Assembly: GCA_039925865.1 (NCBI GenBank)
Contig: JBDSYA010000213.1
Location: 1-52,694, forward strand
DNA: 52,694 bases
Direction: 5' to 3'
Source: Ignavibacteria bacterium
GTDB taxonomy: Bacteria; Bacteroidota; Ignavibacteria; Tepidaquicellales; Tepidaquicellaceae
This document shows, piece by piece, positions 35,612 through 46,685 of this stretch; the stretch's first letter is position 1, and every line of letters starts with the position of its first letter. The notes under the pieces are model-generated. The model searched no databases. It was not told where the DNA came from and saw nothing but the letters and a program-made list of their open reading frames with translations. The translations under genes were made by a program, and so were the position numbers.

Positions 35612-36559
35612 ATGACAGAAAGTTTTCACATACCAGTTCTTTCTCATGAAGCTGTAAAATTTCTTATCAACGAAGAGCTACCCGAACAAATTTTAGTTGA
35701 CGGGACGCTTGGCGGCGGAGGATATACTAAACTGATATGTGAAAAAACAGGCGATTCAGATAAAATTATTTCAATTGATAAAGATCTCAATGCTCTTGAA
35801 TATGCAGGCAGGGAATTAATTGACTGTAAAGAAAAGCTGATGCTTGTCAATGGTAATTTCGGAGAATTGAAAAACATTTTATATGAAAAGAATATAAAGC
35901 AAATATCAGGTTTAGTACTTGATCTGGGACTGTCATCCTTTCAACTGGAGTCTGAAGAAGGATTTAGTTTTATGAGAAATACCCGTCTTGACATGAGAGC
36001 ATTTAAGAATGACGATATAAAAGCTTCAGATATTCTGAACGAATACAGACGCAGTGAGCTTACCGAACTTTTTGAAACTTTTGGTGAGATAGGAAACGCT
36101 GAGAGACTGGCCAAAGCAATTATTGAAAAAAGAAGAATAAAAAAGATAGAAACCACCTTTGATCTTGTAGAAATAGTAAAAAGTGAATACAGTATAAATC
36201 AAAAAAACTCAATAGATTTTTTAGCGAAGATATTTCAGGCATTGAGAATAAAAGTCAATAAAGAACTTGATAATTTAGAGAAGGTTTTGAGTGATTCTTT
36301 GGAATTACTGGTTAAGGGCGGAAGGATAGTTGTTGTTTCGTATCATTCTCTTGAAGACCGGATTGTAAAAAACTTTTTTAAAGAAGGAACCAGGAAGTTG
36401 ATAAAAACAGACAACCCGTTTTTTGATGATGAGGTCGAACCCAAATTAAAATTGCTTACAAAAAAAGCTTTTATACCGACTAAAAATGAGATAAAAAATA
36501 ATCCAAGATCCAGAAGCGCAAAGCTACGAGCAGCTGAATATCTTATTAAAAATATCTGA
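35612..36559 (+). CDS. rsmH: 16S rRNA m4C1402 methyltransferase RsmH (MraW)
   Basis: HIPVL...DGTLGGGGY...DLGLSSFQL...SYHSLEDRIVK. Confidence 0.9.
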   Translation: MTESFHIPVLSHEAVKFLINEELPEQILVDGTLGGGGYTKLICEKTGDSDKIISIDKDLNALEYAGRELIDCKEKLMLVNGNFGELKNILYEKNIKQISGLVLDLGLSSFQLESEEGFSFMRNTRLDMRAFKNDDIKASDILNEYRRSELTELFETFGEIGNAERLAKAIIEKRRIKKIETTFDLVEIVKSEYSINQKNSIDFLAKIFQALRIKVNKELDNLEKVLSDSLELLVKGGRIVVVSYHSLEDRIVKNFFKEGTRKLIKTDNPFFDDEVEPKLKLLTKKAFIPTKNEIKNNPRSRSAKLRAAEYLIKNI

Positions 36560-36598
36560 AATAATATTAAGCGAAATGATCTTATCCCGGAAAAATTT

Positions 36599-36916
36599 AT
36601 GAAAAAAAATAATTCAGGTAAAAACAAGATCTCAATATTTTATTTTTTAATTTTTCTGATACTCACTTCAGTCATACTTGTGATTTATATAAATAACATT
36701 ATTTATGTAAATCAGCTCGCTGTCAGTAATAACGAACTCAAAGAAAAGATAAAGCTATATATACAAACAAACGATTTGCTGAGAACTGAAACGGAAAAAC
36801 TGAGCAGCTTTGAGAGGATCAGAACTATAGCAGGGGACAAATTTAATCTGTCATTCAAAGAGAATTCGGTAGATGAAAACAACACAATAATTATCAAAAA
36901 ATCGCAATTGAAATAA
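36599..36916 (+). CDS. ftsL: FtsL-like division protein
   Basis: 105 aa, single TM segment then a coiled coil. Lies between rsmH and ftsI. Confidence 0.6.
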   Translation: MKKNNSGKNKISIFYFLIFLILTSVILVIYINNIIYVNQLAVSNNELKEKIKLYIQTNDLLRTETEKLSSFERIRTIAGDKFNLSFKENSVDENNTIIIKKSQLK

Positions 36917-36926
36917 ACTTTACATT

Positions 36927-39125
36927 TTGCAGTTCAAAACATACAAAAATCCCGGCAAGCAAATAATACAAAGAAGAAAGATAAACTTTTTTTTTCTGGC
37001 ATTGTTCGCCTGTTTTATACTAATTCTTTTAAAACTTATCAACGTACAGATAATTGAATCTGAGAAATACAAAATAGCGGCACGCAAACAATACGAAAAT
37101 AAAGTACAACTCAAACCTTACCGCGGACTTATCTATGACAGGAATATGAATCTACTTGTCTCCAACACCTATGAATATTCATTTGCAGCTGATCCGAATA
37201 TGGTAGAAAAACCCGAATTGATCGCCGAAATATTTTCAAAAACTTTTGGAAAAAATAAAGAAGACTATTTATCAAAACTCACTTCGCAAAACACATCTTT
37301 TGTATATCTTGAAAGAAAAATTGATATTTCTAAGGCTAATGGACTTGATACACTGAATATAAACGGACTGATTGTAATAAAAGAACCGAAAAGAATTTAT
37401 AATTACGGCAGCATGGCTTCCCACATATTGGGATTTACCAATGTTGAAAATAAGGGGCAGTCAGGAATAGAATTTTCCATGGAGAAGAGCCTTCAGGGTA
37501 AAGAAGGTTTTGTAATTATGCAGAGAGATGGAAGAGGAAATAACAGACCGTCTTTAGAATTTCCAAAACAAGATCCTGAACATGGCAATAATATAGTATT
37601 AACTCTTGATATAAATATCCAAAGATTTGTCGAAGAAGAAATGCTGAAAGGTGTAAAAGAATTTAATGCAGATCATGCTAAAGTAATTGTAATGTCGGTT
37701 AAGACCGGAGAAATTTTAGGGATGTCGTCCTATCCCACATTTGATCCGAATAATATTTCCCTTAGTGATACAGCTGCGATGAAAAACTCGGCGATATCAG
37801 ATGTATATGAACCGGGATCAACATTCAAAATAATTACCGCTGCTGCAACTCTTGAAGAGAAGCTTGAAGATCAAAATTCTATTATTGCCACAGAAAGTGC
37901 AAATGAAATTAAAGGGGCAAATATTACAGATGTTCACGGAGCTTCAAGCATGACCTTTCAGGAAATAATTGAACAATCCAGTAATGTTGGTTTCAGCAAG
38001 ATATCTTTAAAACTTGGTGCAGAGAGGTTTTATAAATATGCGCGGGATTTCGGTTTTGGAATTTATAACGGCATCGAATTGCCGGGTGAGAACAGAGGTG
38101 TACTGAAAAGGCCAATAGATTTTTCTTCAATATCATTACCATACATGTCGATTGGATATGAAGTTTTGGTAAACGCGATGCAGATCGCAAATGCCTATGC
38201 AGCCATTGCTAATAATGGTTTGATGATGAAATCATATATTGTAAAAAAAGAATTTGGAACAAATAATAATACAATTTTTGAATCACAGCCAACTCCAATA
38301 AGGCAAGTTGTTTCTGTGAATACTGCAAAGACGCTTACATCATTACTGGTGGGAGTAGTTGAAAGAGGAACGGGCGTGGATGCGAAAACTGAAGGTGTCA
38401 AAATTGCCGGCAAGACGGGGACAGCTCAAAGATTAGTTAATGGAAAATATTCCAGTAATTCACATAACGCTTCATTTGTAGGATATTTTCCTGCTGACAA
38501 TCCGCAAATTTTGATCGCAGTAATCTTAGATAATCCAAAGTCCGGTCAATATTACGGCGGTAAAGTTGCAGCCCCGATCTTCCAAAGAATTGCAGCGAGA
38601 ATAATTGGATTCAGCGGCATCTCGGATATTTCTACAAAAGATTTTGTGAATGTAAATTATAAAGAAGATAAAAATACCATAAATACATTAACGGGATCAA
38701 ACGAACAAAAAATTTTAATTCCCAATCTGATAAATCTACGTCTTGAAGATGCAAAGGAAATTTTAACAGAAAGCAATATCAATTTTGAAGTGATAGATAA
38801 TGAAATAATAAATAATACAGAGGGACAGAAAAATAATAAAAGCGTCATATATGTAGAATCTCAATTGCCGATGCCAAATGAAAGTATATCTTATAATGAA
38901 TGCAAAGTAAAGCTTGTAGTGAAAAATACTAATGTCATCTCAGACAGATTAATAACTGTTCCCGATGTAACAAATCTCAGCATAAGAAAAGCTATGAACA
39001 TTCTTTTGTCAGAAGGTTTTGATGTGTCACTTAATGGCGGCGGCAAAGTGGCCGGACAATCGCCGCAGCAAGGAACGATGCAGCTTCCGGGCTCTAAAAT
39101 AATTTTGTTTGGAAAAAATCAATGA
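36927..39125 (+). CDS. ftsI: Class B penicillin-binding protein FtsI (PBP3) with two C-terminal PASTA domains
   Basis: TTG start, TM anchor, STFK, SSN and KTGT motifs. PASTA-like repeats occupy 38709-39122. Confidence 0.85.
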   Translation: MQFKTYKNPGKQIIQRRKINFFFLALFACFILILLKLINVQIIESEKYKIAARKQYENKVQLKPYRGLIYDRNMNLLVSNTYEYSFAADPNMVEKPELIAEIFSKTFGKNKEDYLSKLTSQNTSFVYLERKIDISKANGLDTLNINGLIVIKEPKRIYNYGSMASHILGFTNVENKGQSGIEFSMEKSLQGKEGFVIMQRDGRGNNRPSLEFPKQDPEHGNNIVLTLDINIQRFVEEEMLKGVKEFNADHAKVIVMSVKTGEILGMSSYPTFDPNNISLSDTAAMKNSAISDVYEPGSTFKIITAAATLEEKLEDQNSIIATESANEIKGANITDVHGASSMTFQEIIEQSSNVGFSKISLKLGAERFYKYARDFGFGIYNGIELPGENRGVLKRPIDFSSISLPYMSIGYEVLVNAMQIANAYAAIANNGLMMKSYIVKKEFGTNNNTIFESQPTPIRQVVSVNTAKTLTSLLVGVVERGTGVDAKTEGVKIAGKTGTAQRLVNGKYSSNSHNASFVGYFPADNPQILIAVILDNPKSGQYYGGKVAAPIFQRIAARIIGFSGISDISTKDFVNVNYKEDKNTINTLTGSNEQKILIPNLINLRLEDAKEILTESNINFEVIDNEIINNTEGQKNNKSVIYVESQLPMPNESISYNECKVKLVVKNTNVISDRLITVPDVTNLSIRKAMNILLSEGFDVSLNGGGKVAGQSPQQGTMQLPGSKIILFGKNQ

Positions 39126-40594
39126 TGAAGTTTTCAGAGATCGCTAAGAAATTCAACATTACTGTAAATCTTGAATCAGAGAATGACTTTGAGGTAAAAG
39201 GACTTTCCTGTAATTCGGAAAATGTAAAGGAAGGGTATATATTTTTTGCGATCAAAGGATTAAAGAATAACGGGAATAAGTTTACAAATGATGCGATCAG
39301 GAACGGTGCAAAAATAATTTTTAGTGAAGAGGATGCAAAAGAATATGTGCCTGTCGGTTTTCATAAGGTTAATCAAATAAGAAAGTTAATGGCTTTGGTA
39401 AGCGGATATTTTTATGGTAATCCTTCCTTAAAACTTAAGCTTATGGGAATAACCGGCACGAATGGCAAGACTACAACAAGCTATCTGATCCGGTCATTTT
39501 TAAAAGATGCAGGATTTAAAACAGGTATTATCGGTACAATAGGTTATGATACCGGAGATGTAAAAATGGATTCGACAATGACAACACCGGATTCAATTGA
39601 AACAAATATGATGTTGGGAGAAATGGTAAATTCAAAAATAGATTTTTGTTTAATGGAAGTATCATCCATAGCATTATCAATGGACAGGGTTTACGGAATG
39701 AATTTTGAGACGGCTGTATTTACAAATTTAACCAGTGAGCATCTTGATTTTCATCATGACATGAGTAATTATTTCGAAGCAAAAAAATTGTTGTTCGACA
39801 GATTAACAAGTTCGGCACACGCAATTTCAAATACTGATGATGAATATGGCAGAATTATATTAAATGATACAAAAGCAAAAAAGTTTTTTTATTCAATGAA
39901 AAATGAAAGCGGTCTTAAAGCATTTAATGAAAGAATAACACTAAGCGGCCTTGAGTTTGAAGTTAAATATAAAGATAAGAGTTATAAGCTTAGTTCAAAT
40001 CTGACAGGAAGATTTAACATTTACAATATTCTGGCATCGGTTTCAGCAGTATTACAATACGACATAGACATGAATTTTCTAAAAGAGTCACTTCAAAACT
40101 TTAAAGAGGTTGACGGAAGATTTAACAGGATAAAATTGCCTAACGGAGCAATTGCTATAATTGATTATTCTCACACATCTGATTCTCTGAAAAATGCGAT
40201 AGAATCTGCCCGGGAAATAGTTAGCGGAGAGCAACAGGGAAAAGTAATTACAATATTCGGATGCGGAGGCAATAAAGACAGGACTAAAAGACCTGTTATG
40301 GGAAATTATGCAACTGAACTATCCGATCATTCAATAATAACTTCAGACAATCCCAGATATGAAAATCCTATGGAAATAATAAAAGAAATACTGACCGGAG
40401 TGAATACTAAGAATAACTATGAAGTTATCGAGAACCGTGAAGAGGCAATCAGCAGAGGAATTGAGATTGCAAGATCCGGTGATATAGTTTTGATCTGCGG
40501 AAAAGGTCACGAAACTTACCAAGACATCGGCGGAGTAAAAAGTCACTTTGATGACAAAGAAATTGTAGCCAAGTATTTATCTTTAGCAAAATAG
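39122..40594 (+). CDS. murE: UDP-MurNAc-L-Ala-D-Glu--2,6-diaminopimelate ligase
   Basis: GITGTNGKTTT plus the DNPR motif (TSDNPRYENP), indicating meso-DAP specificity. ATGA overlap with ftsI. Confidence 0.9.
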   Translation: MMKFSEIAKKFNITVNLESENDFEVKGLSCNSENVKEGYIFFAIKGLKNNGNKFTNDAIRNGAKIIFSEEDAKEYVPVGFHKVNQIRKLMALVSGYFYGNPSLKLKLMGITGTNGKTTTSYLIRSFLKDAGFKTGIIGTIGYDTGDVKMDSTMTTPDSIETNMMLGEMVNSKIDFCLMEVSSIALSMDRVYGMNFETAVFTNLTSEHLDFHHDMSNYFEAKKLLFDRLTSSAHAISNTDDEYGRIILNDTKAKKFFYSMKNESGLKAFNERITLSGLEFEVKYKDKSYKLSSNLTGRFNIYNILASVSAVLQYDIDMNFLKESLQNFKEVDGRFNRIKLPNGAIAIIDYSHTSDSLKNAIESAREIVSGEQQGKVITIFGCGGNKDRTKRPVMGNYATELSDHSIITSDNPRYENPMEIIKEILTGVNTKNNYEVIENREEAISRGIEIARSGDIVLICGKGHETYQDIGGVKSHFDDKEIVAKYLSLAK

Positions 40595-40595
40595 A

Positions 40596-41987
40596 ATGCT
40601 GAGAATAGAAGATCTGCTGAAGGTAACGCATAATGATAATCTGAACATTGATAAATTAAAGACAAGGAAGTTTAAAGGTGTTTCAATAGATTCAAGAGCA
40701 ATAAAGAAAAATGAAATTTTTTTTGCGATCAAAGGTGATAAAACAGACGGCCATAAATTTATCAGAGATGTTTTTGAGAAAGGTGTTGAGGCGGCAGTTG
40801 TAAACAGATCATGGTACAGTAAAAACAAAAATAAATATCCGGATAAGGCGTTCATAACAGTAGATGATACAACCTCAGCACTTGGGGAATTTGCAAAGAT
40901 CCATAAGAAAAATTTCAATTTACCCGTTTTGTGCATTGCGGGCAGCAACGGCAAAACAACTACTAAAGATCTGATAGCAACTGTTCTTTCGCAGAAATTT
41001 AATGTGTTAAAGACCGAAGGCAATTTTAATAATCACATAGGCCTGCCTCTGACGTTACTCAGATTAAATTCGAAACATAATTTTTGTGTGCTTGAAGCGG
41101 GCTGCAATCATTTTGGAGAATTAAAATATTTATGCGGGATAGCCGAACCGGATTTTGGATTGGTGACAAATATTGGTAAAGAGCACCTGGAGTTTTTTAA
41201 AGATCTGAATGGTGTTGCAAAGGCAGAATTTGAATTGTTTGATTATCTCATTAAGAAAGAAAAAACAAAATTGTTTTTAAACCTAGATGATAAATTCATC
41301 ATTAAATATTCAGGGAGAGTTAAGAATGAAAAGAAATTTACTTATTCTTACAAACATAATCCGGATGTCAAAGGAAGATTTAAGGATTATAATAAGGATT
41401 TTGAACCCAATATTGAAATTGAATATAAAAAAGAAAAATTCGAAACGAGTATAGCAACATTTGGCAAACATTCTGTTTACAACGGTTTGGCAGCAGCAGC
41501 AACCGGTTTGTATTTTGGAATTGGTAAAAACAAAATAAAAAAAGCATTAAAGAATTTTTCACAATCTTCTTCAAAAAGAATGGAAGTTCTGAAAACAAAC
41601 GGGATGACAATAATAAATGATACATATAACAGTAATCCTGAATCGGTAATGATGGGGATTGAAACAATGATGGAGTTTGATACAAAAGGAAGAAAGTTTG
41701 CGGTTCTGGCTGACATGCTTGAGCTTGGAAAAAGCAGTAAGCGTGAACATTCTGACATAGGCAAATTTGCAGAAAGAAGGGGCGTAAAAAATTTGTATAC
41801 ATTTGGAGTGGAATCATATCATACTTTTTATAATGCCAGAAAAGTAAAGAACAATTTGCATTTCGAAAGTAAGCAAAATATGATTGAGTTTTTAAGAAAG
41901 AATATTGATAAGGGAGATCTTATCTATGTCAAAGGTTCGCGCGGAATGAAGATGGAAGAAGTAGTCAACGCATTAAGAAAACTTTAA
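40596..41987 (+). CDS. murF: UDP-MurNAc-tripeptide--D-Ala-D-Ala ligase
   Basis: IAGSNGKTTTK, Mur ligase middle and C-terminal domains, dcw position. Confidence 0.85.
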   Translation: MLRIEDLLKVTHNDNLNIDKLKTRKFKGVSIDSRAIKKNEIFFAIKGDKTDGHKFIRDVFEKGVEAAVVNRSWYSKNKNKYPDKAFITVDDTTSALGEFAKIHKKNFNLPVLCIAGSNGKTTTKDLIATVLSQKFNVLKTEGNFNNHIGLPLTLLRLNSKHNFCVLEAGCNHFGELKYLCGIAEPDFGLVTNIGKEHLEFFKDLNGVAKAEFELFDYLIKKEKTKLFLNLDDKFIIKYSGRVKNEKKFTYSYKHNPDVKGRFKDYNKDFEPNIEIEYKKEKFETSIATFGKHSVYNGLAAAATGLYFGIGKNKIKKALKNFSQSSSKRMEVLKTNGMTIINDTYNSNPESVMMGIETMMEFDTKGRKFAVLADMLELGKSSKREHSDIGKFAERRGVKNLYTFGVESYHTFYNARKVKNNLHFESKQNMIEFLRKNIDKGDLIYVKGSRGMKMEEVVNALRKL

Positions 41988-41993
41988 AACTTT

Positions 41994-43103
41994 ATGCTAT
42001 ATAAACTGGCTGAATATATTAATATGAAATACAATCCTCCGGGATTTGACATATTCAGGTTTATTACATTCAGATCGGCACTTGCCGCAATGACAGCATT
42101 ATTGATAAGTTTTATATTGGGTCCGAAAATAATCCGTTATTTAAAAAAGAAACAGATCGGTGAAGCAAGAAAGGAAGACGGTCCAAAGTTTCACTGGTCA
42201 AAAGCAGGAACACCAACGATGGGAGGCATTATAATCCTTGTGTCGGTACTGATACCTGTTTTGTTTTGGGGTGATCTAAGCAATGTTTATGTATTAATAA
42301 TTTTATTTGTAACAATAACTCTGGGGATTGTAGGATTTGTAGACGACTATCTTAAGGTTATAAAAAAATATAAGAAAGGTCTTGCAGAACGTTATAAACT
42401 GGTAGGACAAATATTTACCGGGCTTGCTGTAGGCTGCGCAATTTATTTTCTGCCATCATTTGACGGAATACATTCTATCACTACAATACCTTTTCTGAAA
42501 AGCTATGAATTTGATTTCTCATATTTTTATATACCAATAATTGTATTTATAATTACCGCGACGTCTAATGCTGTAAATTTTACAGACGGGCTTGACGGGC
42601 TTGCAGCTGGGACTGTAGGCATTGTTGCCCTGACTTTGGGTATAATCGCATATGTATCGGGAAATATTGAAACTTCCAAATATCTTAACATAATTTATCT
42701 TAAAGGCAACGGCGAGCTTGCCATATACTGCGCAGCATTAGTAGGAGCGGCTTTAGGTTTCATATGGTATAATTCTTATCCCGCCCAGGTATTTATGGGA
42801 GATACAGGATCACTTGCACTTGGTGGCGCTGTTGGAACATTATGCATATTAGTTAAAAAAGAATTTATGCTTCCGATACTCGGCGGAATATTTTTTGCTG
42901 AGGCTTTATCTGTAGTGCTTCAAAGATATTATTTTAAATTTACAAGGCTTAGATACGGGGAGGGCAAAAGAATTTTCAGAATGGCTCCTATCCACCATCA
43001 CTTTGAAATGCTTGGGATTCCCGAACCCAAAATAGTTATCAGATTTTATATAATTGCCATAATATTAGCTATCATAACTTTAGCTTCACTGAAGATCAGA
43101 TAA
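41994..43103 (+). CDS. mraY: Phospho-MurNAc-pentapeptide translocase
   Basis: KxGTPTMGG, NAVNFTDGLDGLA, FMGDTGSLALGG, APIHHHFE. Confidence 0.95.
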   Translation: MLYKLAEYINMKYNPPGFDIFRFITFRSALAAMTALLISFILGPKIIRYLKKKQIGEARKEDGPKFHWSKAGTPTMGGIIILVSVLIPVLFWGDLSNVYVLIILFVTITLGIVGFVDDYLKVIKKYKKGLAERYKLVGQIFTGLAVGCAIYFLPSFDGIHSITTIPFLKSYEFDFSYFYIPIIVFIITATSNAVNFTDGLDGLAAGTVGIVALTLGIIAYVSGNIETSKYLNIIYLKGNGELAIYCAALVGAALGFIWYNSYPAQVFMGDTGSLALGGAVGTLCILVKKEFMLPILGGIFFAEALSVVLQRYYFKFTRLRYGEGKRIFRMAPIHHHFEMLGIPEPKIVIRFYIIAIILAIITLASLKIR

Positions 43104-43108
43104 CTGAA

Positions 43109-44482
43109 ATGGCAGATATCAAAAATAGTTCTTTCACAGTTTTAGGTGCCGGCAGGAGCGGAATTGCAATTGCAAAGCTTCTCAAATATAATGGTGCTGA
43201 AGTATTTCTAAGTGATGAGCATGAAAGAGAGGAACTTAAGTATTTTGATGAACAAATTTTTATAGATGGCGGTATTAAATATGAATTAGGAAAACACTCG
43301 GACAAAGTATATGAGAGCGATGTAGTTATAAAAAGTCCGGGAATTGCTCCTGAGAATGAAGTTATTCTAAAATCCAAACAGCTCGGCAAGAAGATTTATT
43401 CAGAAATCGAAGCAGCGTACTGGTTTTGTAAGGCTCCGGTAATTGCCATAACAGGAACCAACGGCAAAACAACTACGAGCGTATTAACGGGAGAAATTTT
43501 TAAGAATGCGGGATTTGATGTAAAGGTTTGCGGAAATGTAGGATTAGCTTTTTCGGAAGTGATTCCGTTTTTAAAAGAAGAATCGATAGTAGTACTTGAA
43601 GTCAGCAGTTATCAGTTGAATGACATTAAAGATTTCAGACCGGCTGTTTCTGTGATAATGAATATAACCCCTGATCACATTGACTGGCACGGAAGTTTTG
43701 AAAATTATATGAATGCGAAATTGAATATTTTAAAAAATCAATCGGAGACAGATATTACAATTATAAATTATGACGATGACCGTTTGAAGAAAGCCGTAAA
43801 AGATATTAAGCCTGAAAAAGCTTTTTTCAGCATAGAAAAAAATTTGACGGAATCTGATGTAAAGAGAGGCAGCTTTATTAAAGATGATAAAATAATTTAT
43901 TTTGACAAAGAAAAGAGTATTGAAGAAGAAATAATGCTTGTAAAAGATATCAACATAAGGGGAAAGCATAATCTGTACAACTCGCTGGCAGCAATAATCT
44001 CAGCACGTGCATTTGAGATCAGAAATGAAGTACTAAGAAATACACTGATAAGTTTTCCGGGAGTTGAACACAGGATAGAATTTGTAAAAGTACTTCACGG
44101 AATCAGCTTTTACAATGATTCGAAAGCTACAAACATTGATTCGCTTATAGTTGCATTAGAATCATTTGAAAAGGATTTGATCCTGATAATGGGTGGCAGG
44201 GAAAAAGGTAATGATTATACAGTGATTGATAAATTAATAAGCGAACGAGTCAAGGTTATTATAGCTATAGGAGAGACGAAAGATAAAATTTCAAAACATT
44301 TTGAAAAAATTAAAAAAGTAATTTCAGCAGATTCGATGGAAGATGCTGTAATCAAAGCCATAGAGTCGGGAAAGGCCGGTGACACAGTGCTCCTTTCACC
44401 GGCATGTAAAAGTTTTGATATGTTTGAAAATTTTGAGCACAGAGGTGAGGAGTTTAAAAAAGCAGTTAACAGGCTGAGATGA
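43109..44482 (+). CDS. murD: UDP-MurNAc-L-Ala--D-Glu ligase
   Basis: VLGAGRSG and ITGTNGKTTT motifs, dcw position. Confidence 0.9.
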   Translation: MADIKNSSFTVLGAGRSGIAIAKLLKYNGAEVFLSDEHEREELKYFDEQIFIDGGIKYELGKHSDKVYESDVVIKSPGIAPENEVILKSKQLGKKIYSEIEAAYWFCKAPVIAITGTNGKTTTSVLTGEIFKNAGFDVKVCGNVGLAFSEVIPFLKEESIVVLEVSSYQLNDIKDFRPAVSVIMNITPDHIDWHGSFENYMNAKLNILKNQSETDITIINYDDDRLKKAVKDIKPEKAFFSIEKNLTESDVKRGSFIKDDKIIYFDKEKSIEEEIMLVKDINIRGKHNLYNSLAAIISARAFEIRNEVLRNTLISFPGVEHRIEFVKVLHGISFYNDSKATNIDSLIVALESFEKDLILIMGGREKGNDYTVIDKLISERVKVIIAIGETKDKISKHFEKIKKVISADSMEDAVIKAIESGKAGDTVLLSPACKSFDMFENFEHRGEEFKKAVNRLR

Positions 44483-45597
44483 TGCAGCAAAAATATAAAA
44501 TTGACATATGGATATTACTGCCGGTATTGATGCTGATGATATTCAGCATAGGTGCAGTTTACAGTGCAAGCTCAACATTTGCCTTTGAAAAATATCAGGA
44601 CAGCAATTATTTATTTAAACAGCATGTAATAAAAGTTGTCATATCGATCGCCGTAATTTTTATTTTTGCGAAAATCGATTACAGATATCTTGAGAGCATA
44701 GCGAAACATATGATATGGGCATCGGTCATACTTCTGCTGATAACACTATTCTGGAGCAGCGGTCCGATAAAAGGCGCAAGCAGGTGGATCAATCTCGGGC
44801 CTCTCAGTTTTCAGCCTTCAGAGCTTGCCAGATATACACTTGTGATCTATATTGCTTTACTGCTTGCAAGAAAAAAGGATTACATTAAACTTTTATACAG
44901 AGGATATCTTCCAGTAATTTTTTATGTCCTGCTGGTAACAGGTTTAATATTGATCCAGCCAAATTTTTCGATGGCTCTAATAATATTTACATCATGCATG
45001 GTAATGATCTATTTGTCGGATGCGAAAAGAAAACATATTGTGTTTACAATGCTTGCGCTGATGCCCCTTGCAGCACTATTTATTTTATCGAAGGATTATA
45101 TTATGAGCAGGATAACTTCATATGCCGATTATACCAGCAACGGAAATTCGAGTTACCAGCTGCAGCAGGCATTGATCGGATTTGGCAACGGCGGCTTATT
45201 AGGAATTGGTCCGGGAAACTCCAATCAGCGGGATTTTTTTTTACCGGAGGCTCACGGTGATTTTATTTTTTCAATAATCGGTGAAGAATACGGATTTATA
45301 GGAACGTTCATTATACTCTCGCTATATTTTGTAATTTTAACAAGAGGATTCAGGATCGCAAAAGAAAGTAAAGATGAATTTGGAAAATATCTGGCATTTG
45401 GAATTGTGATGCTTATTACTATGAATGCACTGGTCAATATGTCAGTAGCGAGCGGAGTGATCCCGACTACAGGAGTGACACTTCCTTTTGTAAGTTACGG
45501 CGGAACGTCAATATTATTTACTTCGATGGCAGTTGGAATACTGCTTAACATTTCTTCACAAAGGGAAGAAATAGATGAAGGGTTAACAATTGAATAA
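44479..45597 (+). CDS. ftsW: FtsW/SEDS peptidoglycan polymerase
   Basis: SEDS motifs (LQPSELAR, PEAHGDFIFS, LPFVSYGGTS). ATGA overlap with murD. Confidence 0.9.
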   Translation: MMQQKYKIDIWILLPVLMLMIFSIGAVYSASSTFAFEKYQDSNYLFKQHVIKVVISIAVIFIFAKIDYRYLESIAKHMIWASVILLLITLFWSSGPIKGASRWINLGPLSFQPSELARYTLVIYIALLLARKKDYIKLLYRGYLPVIFYVLLVTGLILIQPNFSMALIIFTSCMVMIYLSDAKRKHIVFTMLALMPLAALFILSKDYIMSRITSYADYTSNGNSSYQLQQALIGFGNGGLLGIGPGNSNQRDFFLPEAHGDFIFSIIGEEYGFIGTFIILSLYFVILTRGFRIAKESKDEFGKYLAFGIVMLITMNALVNMSVASGVIPTTGVTLPFVSYGGTSILFTSMAVGILLNISSQREEIDEGLTIE

Positions 45598-46685
45598 TGA
45601 AATATTTATTTGCAGGTGGCGGGACAGGCGGTCATATTTTTCCGGCTATAGCAATTGCGGACGAGATCAGAAAAATTGATAAAGAAGCGAAAATAATTTT
45701 TATCGGCGCAAAGGGCAGAATTGAAGAAAAGATCGTTCCATCAAATAATTACAAGCTGGAAACAATTGATATAAAGGGATTTAACAGAGAAAGTTTTAAT
45801 AAAAATGTAACACTGCCATACAAATTTATTTCAGCATTAATAAGATGCAGAAAAATTATGAAAGAATTTACACCGGATGTAGTAATTGGAACAGGGGGGT
45901 TTGTCTGCGGGCCAGTTATTTATACTGCTAACAGGATGAGAATACCAACTCTGATACAGGAAGGCAATTCCTATGCGGGAAGAACAATTAAATTCTTAGC
46001 TCCGAATTCTGATAAAGTTGTCATCAATTTTGAAGAAACAAGAAATTATTTAAAACGAAAAGATAATATTGTCAAAATTTCACACCCGATCAGGAGTTCA
46101 TTAAAAAAGACTGACAGGAAAACAGCTTTGGAATATTTTGAACTATCATCTGATAAAAAAACATTATTTATTTTTGGAGGAAGCCAGGGTGCAAGGGGAA
46201 TAAACAACGGAGTTGAAAAAATAATCAATAGGTTATCGGACAATAAACTCAACGTGATCTGGCAGACGGGTAAAAGCGATCATGAAAGATTAAATAAAAA
46301 ATTCAGCTATCTCAGAAGCAGTTTAAAAATTCTGGAGTTCATAGAAAACATAGAGTATGCATATTCAGCCAGTGACATAGTGATTTGCAGAGCGGGGATC
46401 ACGAGTATTATGGAAATCGCATATCTTGAAAAAGCATCAATATTAATTCCACTTCCATCATCGGCGGATAATCATCAGGAGCTGAATGCGAGAAGTCTTG
46501 CGGCAAAAGGTGCTGCGATATTGGTTAAGCAGAGCGAGATAGAAGAGAAGTTGTTAGATGAAATCACAAATTTGTTAAAGGATGAAAAGAAGATAGAAGA
46601 GATGAAAAAAGAAATAAAGCTTTTTGCGGATGTTGATGCTGCATCCAAGATCGCAAAGGAAGCAATAAAGCTGATAAATAATTAA
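45597..46685 (+). CDS. murG: UDP-GlcNAc--lipid I transferase
   Basis: GGGTGGHIFPA...CRAGITSIMEI...NHQELNA. Confidence 0.9.
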   Translation: MKYLFAGGGTGGHIFPAIAIADEIRKIDKEAKIIFIGAKGRIEEKIVPSNNYKLETIDIKGFNRESFNKNVTLPYKFISALIRCRKIMKEFTPDVVIGTGGFVCGPVIYTANRMRIPTLIQEGNSYAGRTIKFLAPNSDKVVINFEETRNYLKRKDNIVKISHPIRSSLKKTDRKTALEYFELSSDKKTLFIFGGSQGARGINNGVEKIINRLSDNKLNVIWQTGKSDHERLNKKFSYLRSSLKILEFIENIEYAYSASDIVICRAGITSIMEIAYLEKASILIPLPSSADNHQELNARSLAAKGAAILVKQSEIEEKLLDEITNLLKDEKKIEEMKKEIKLFADVDAASKIAKEAIKLINN

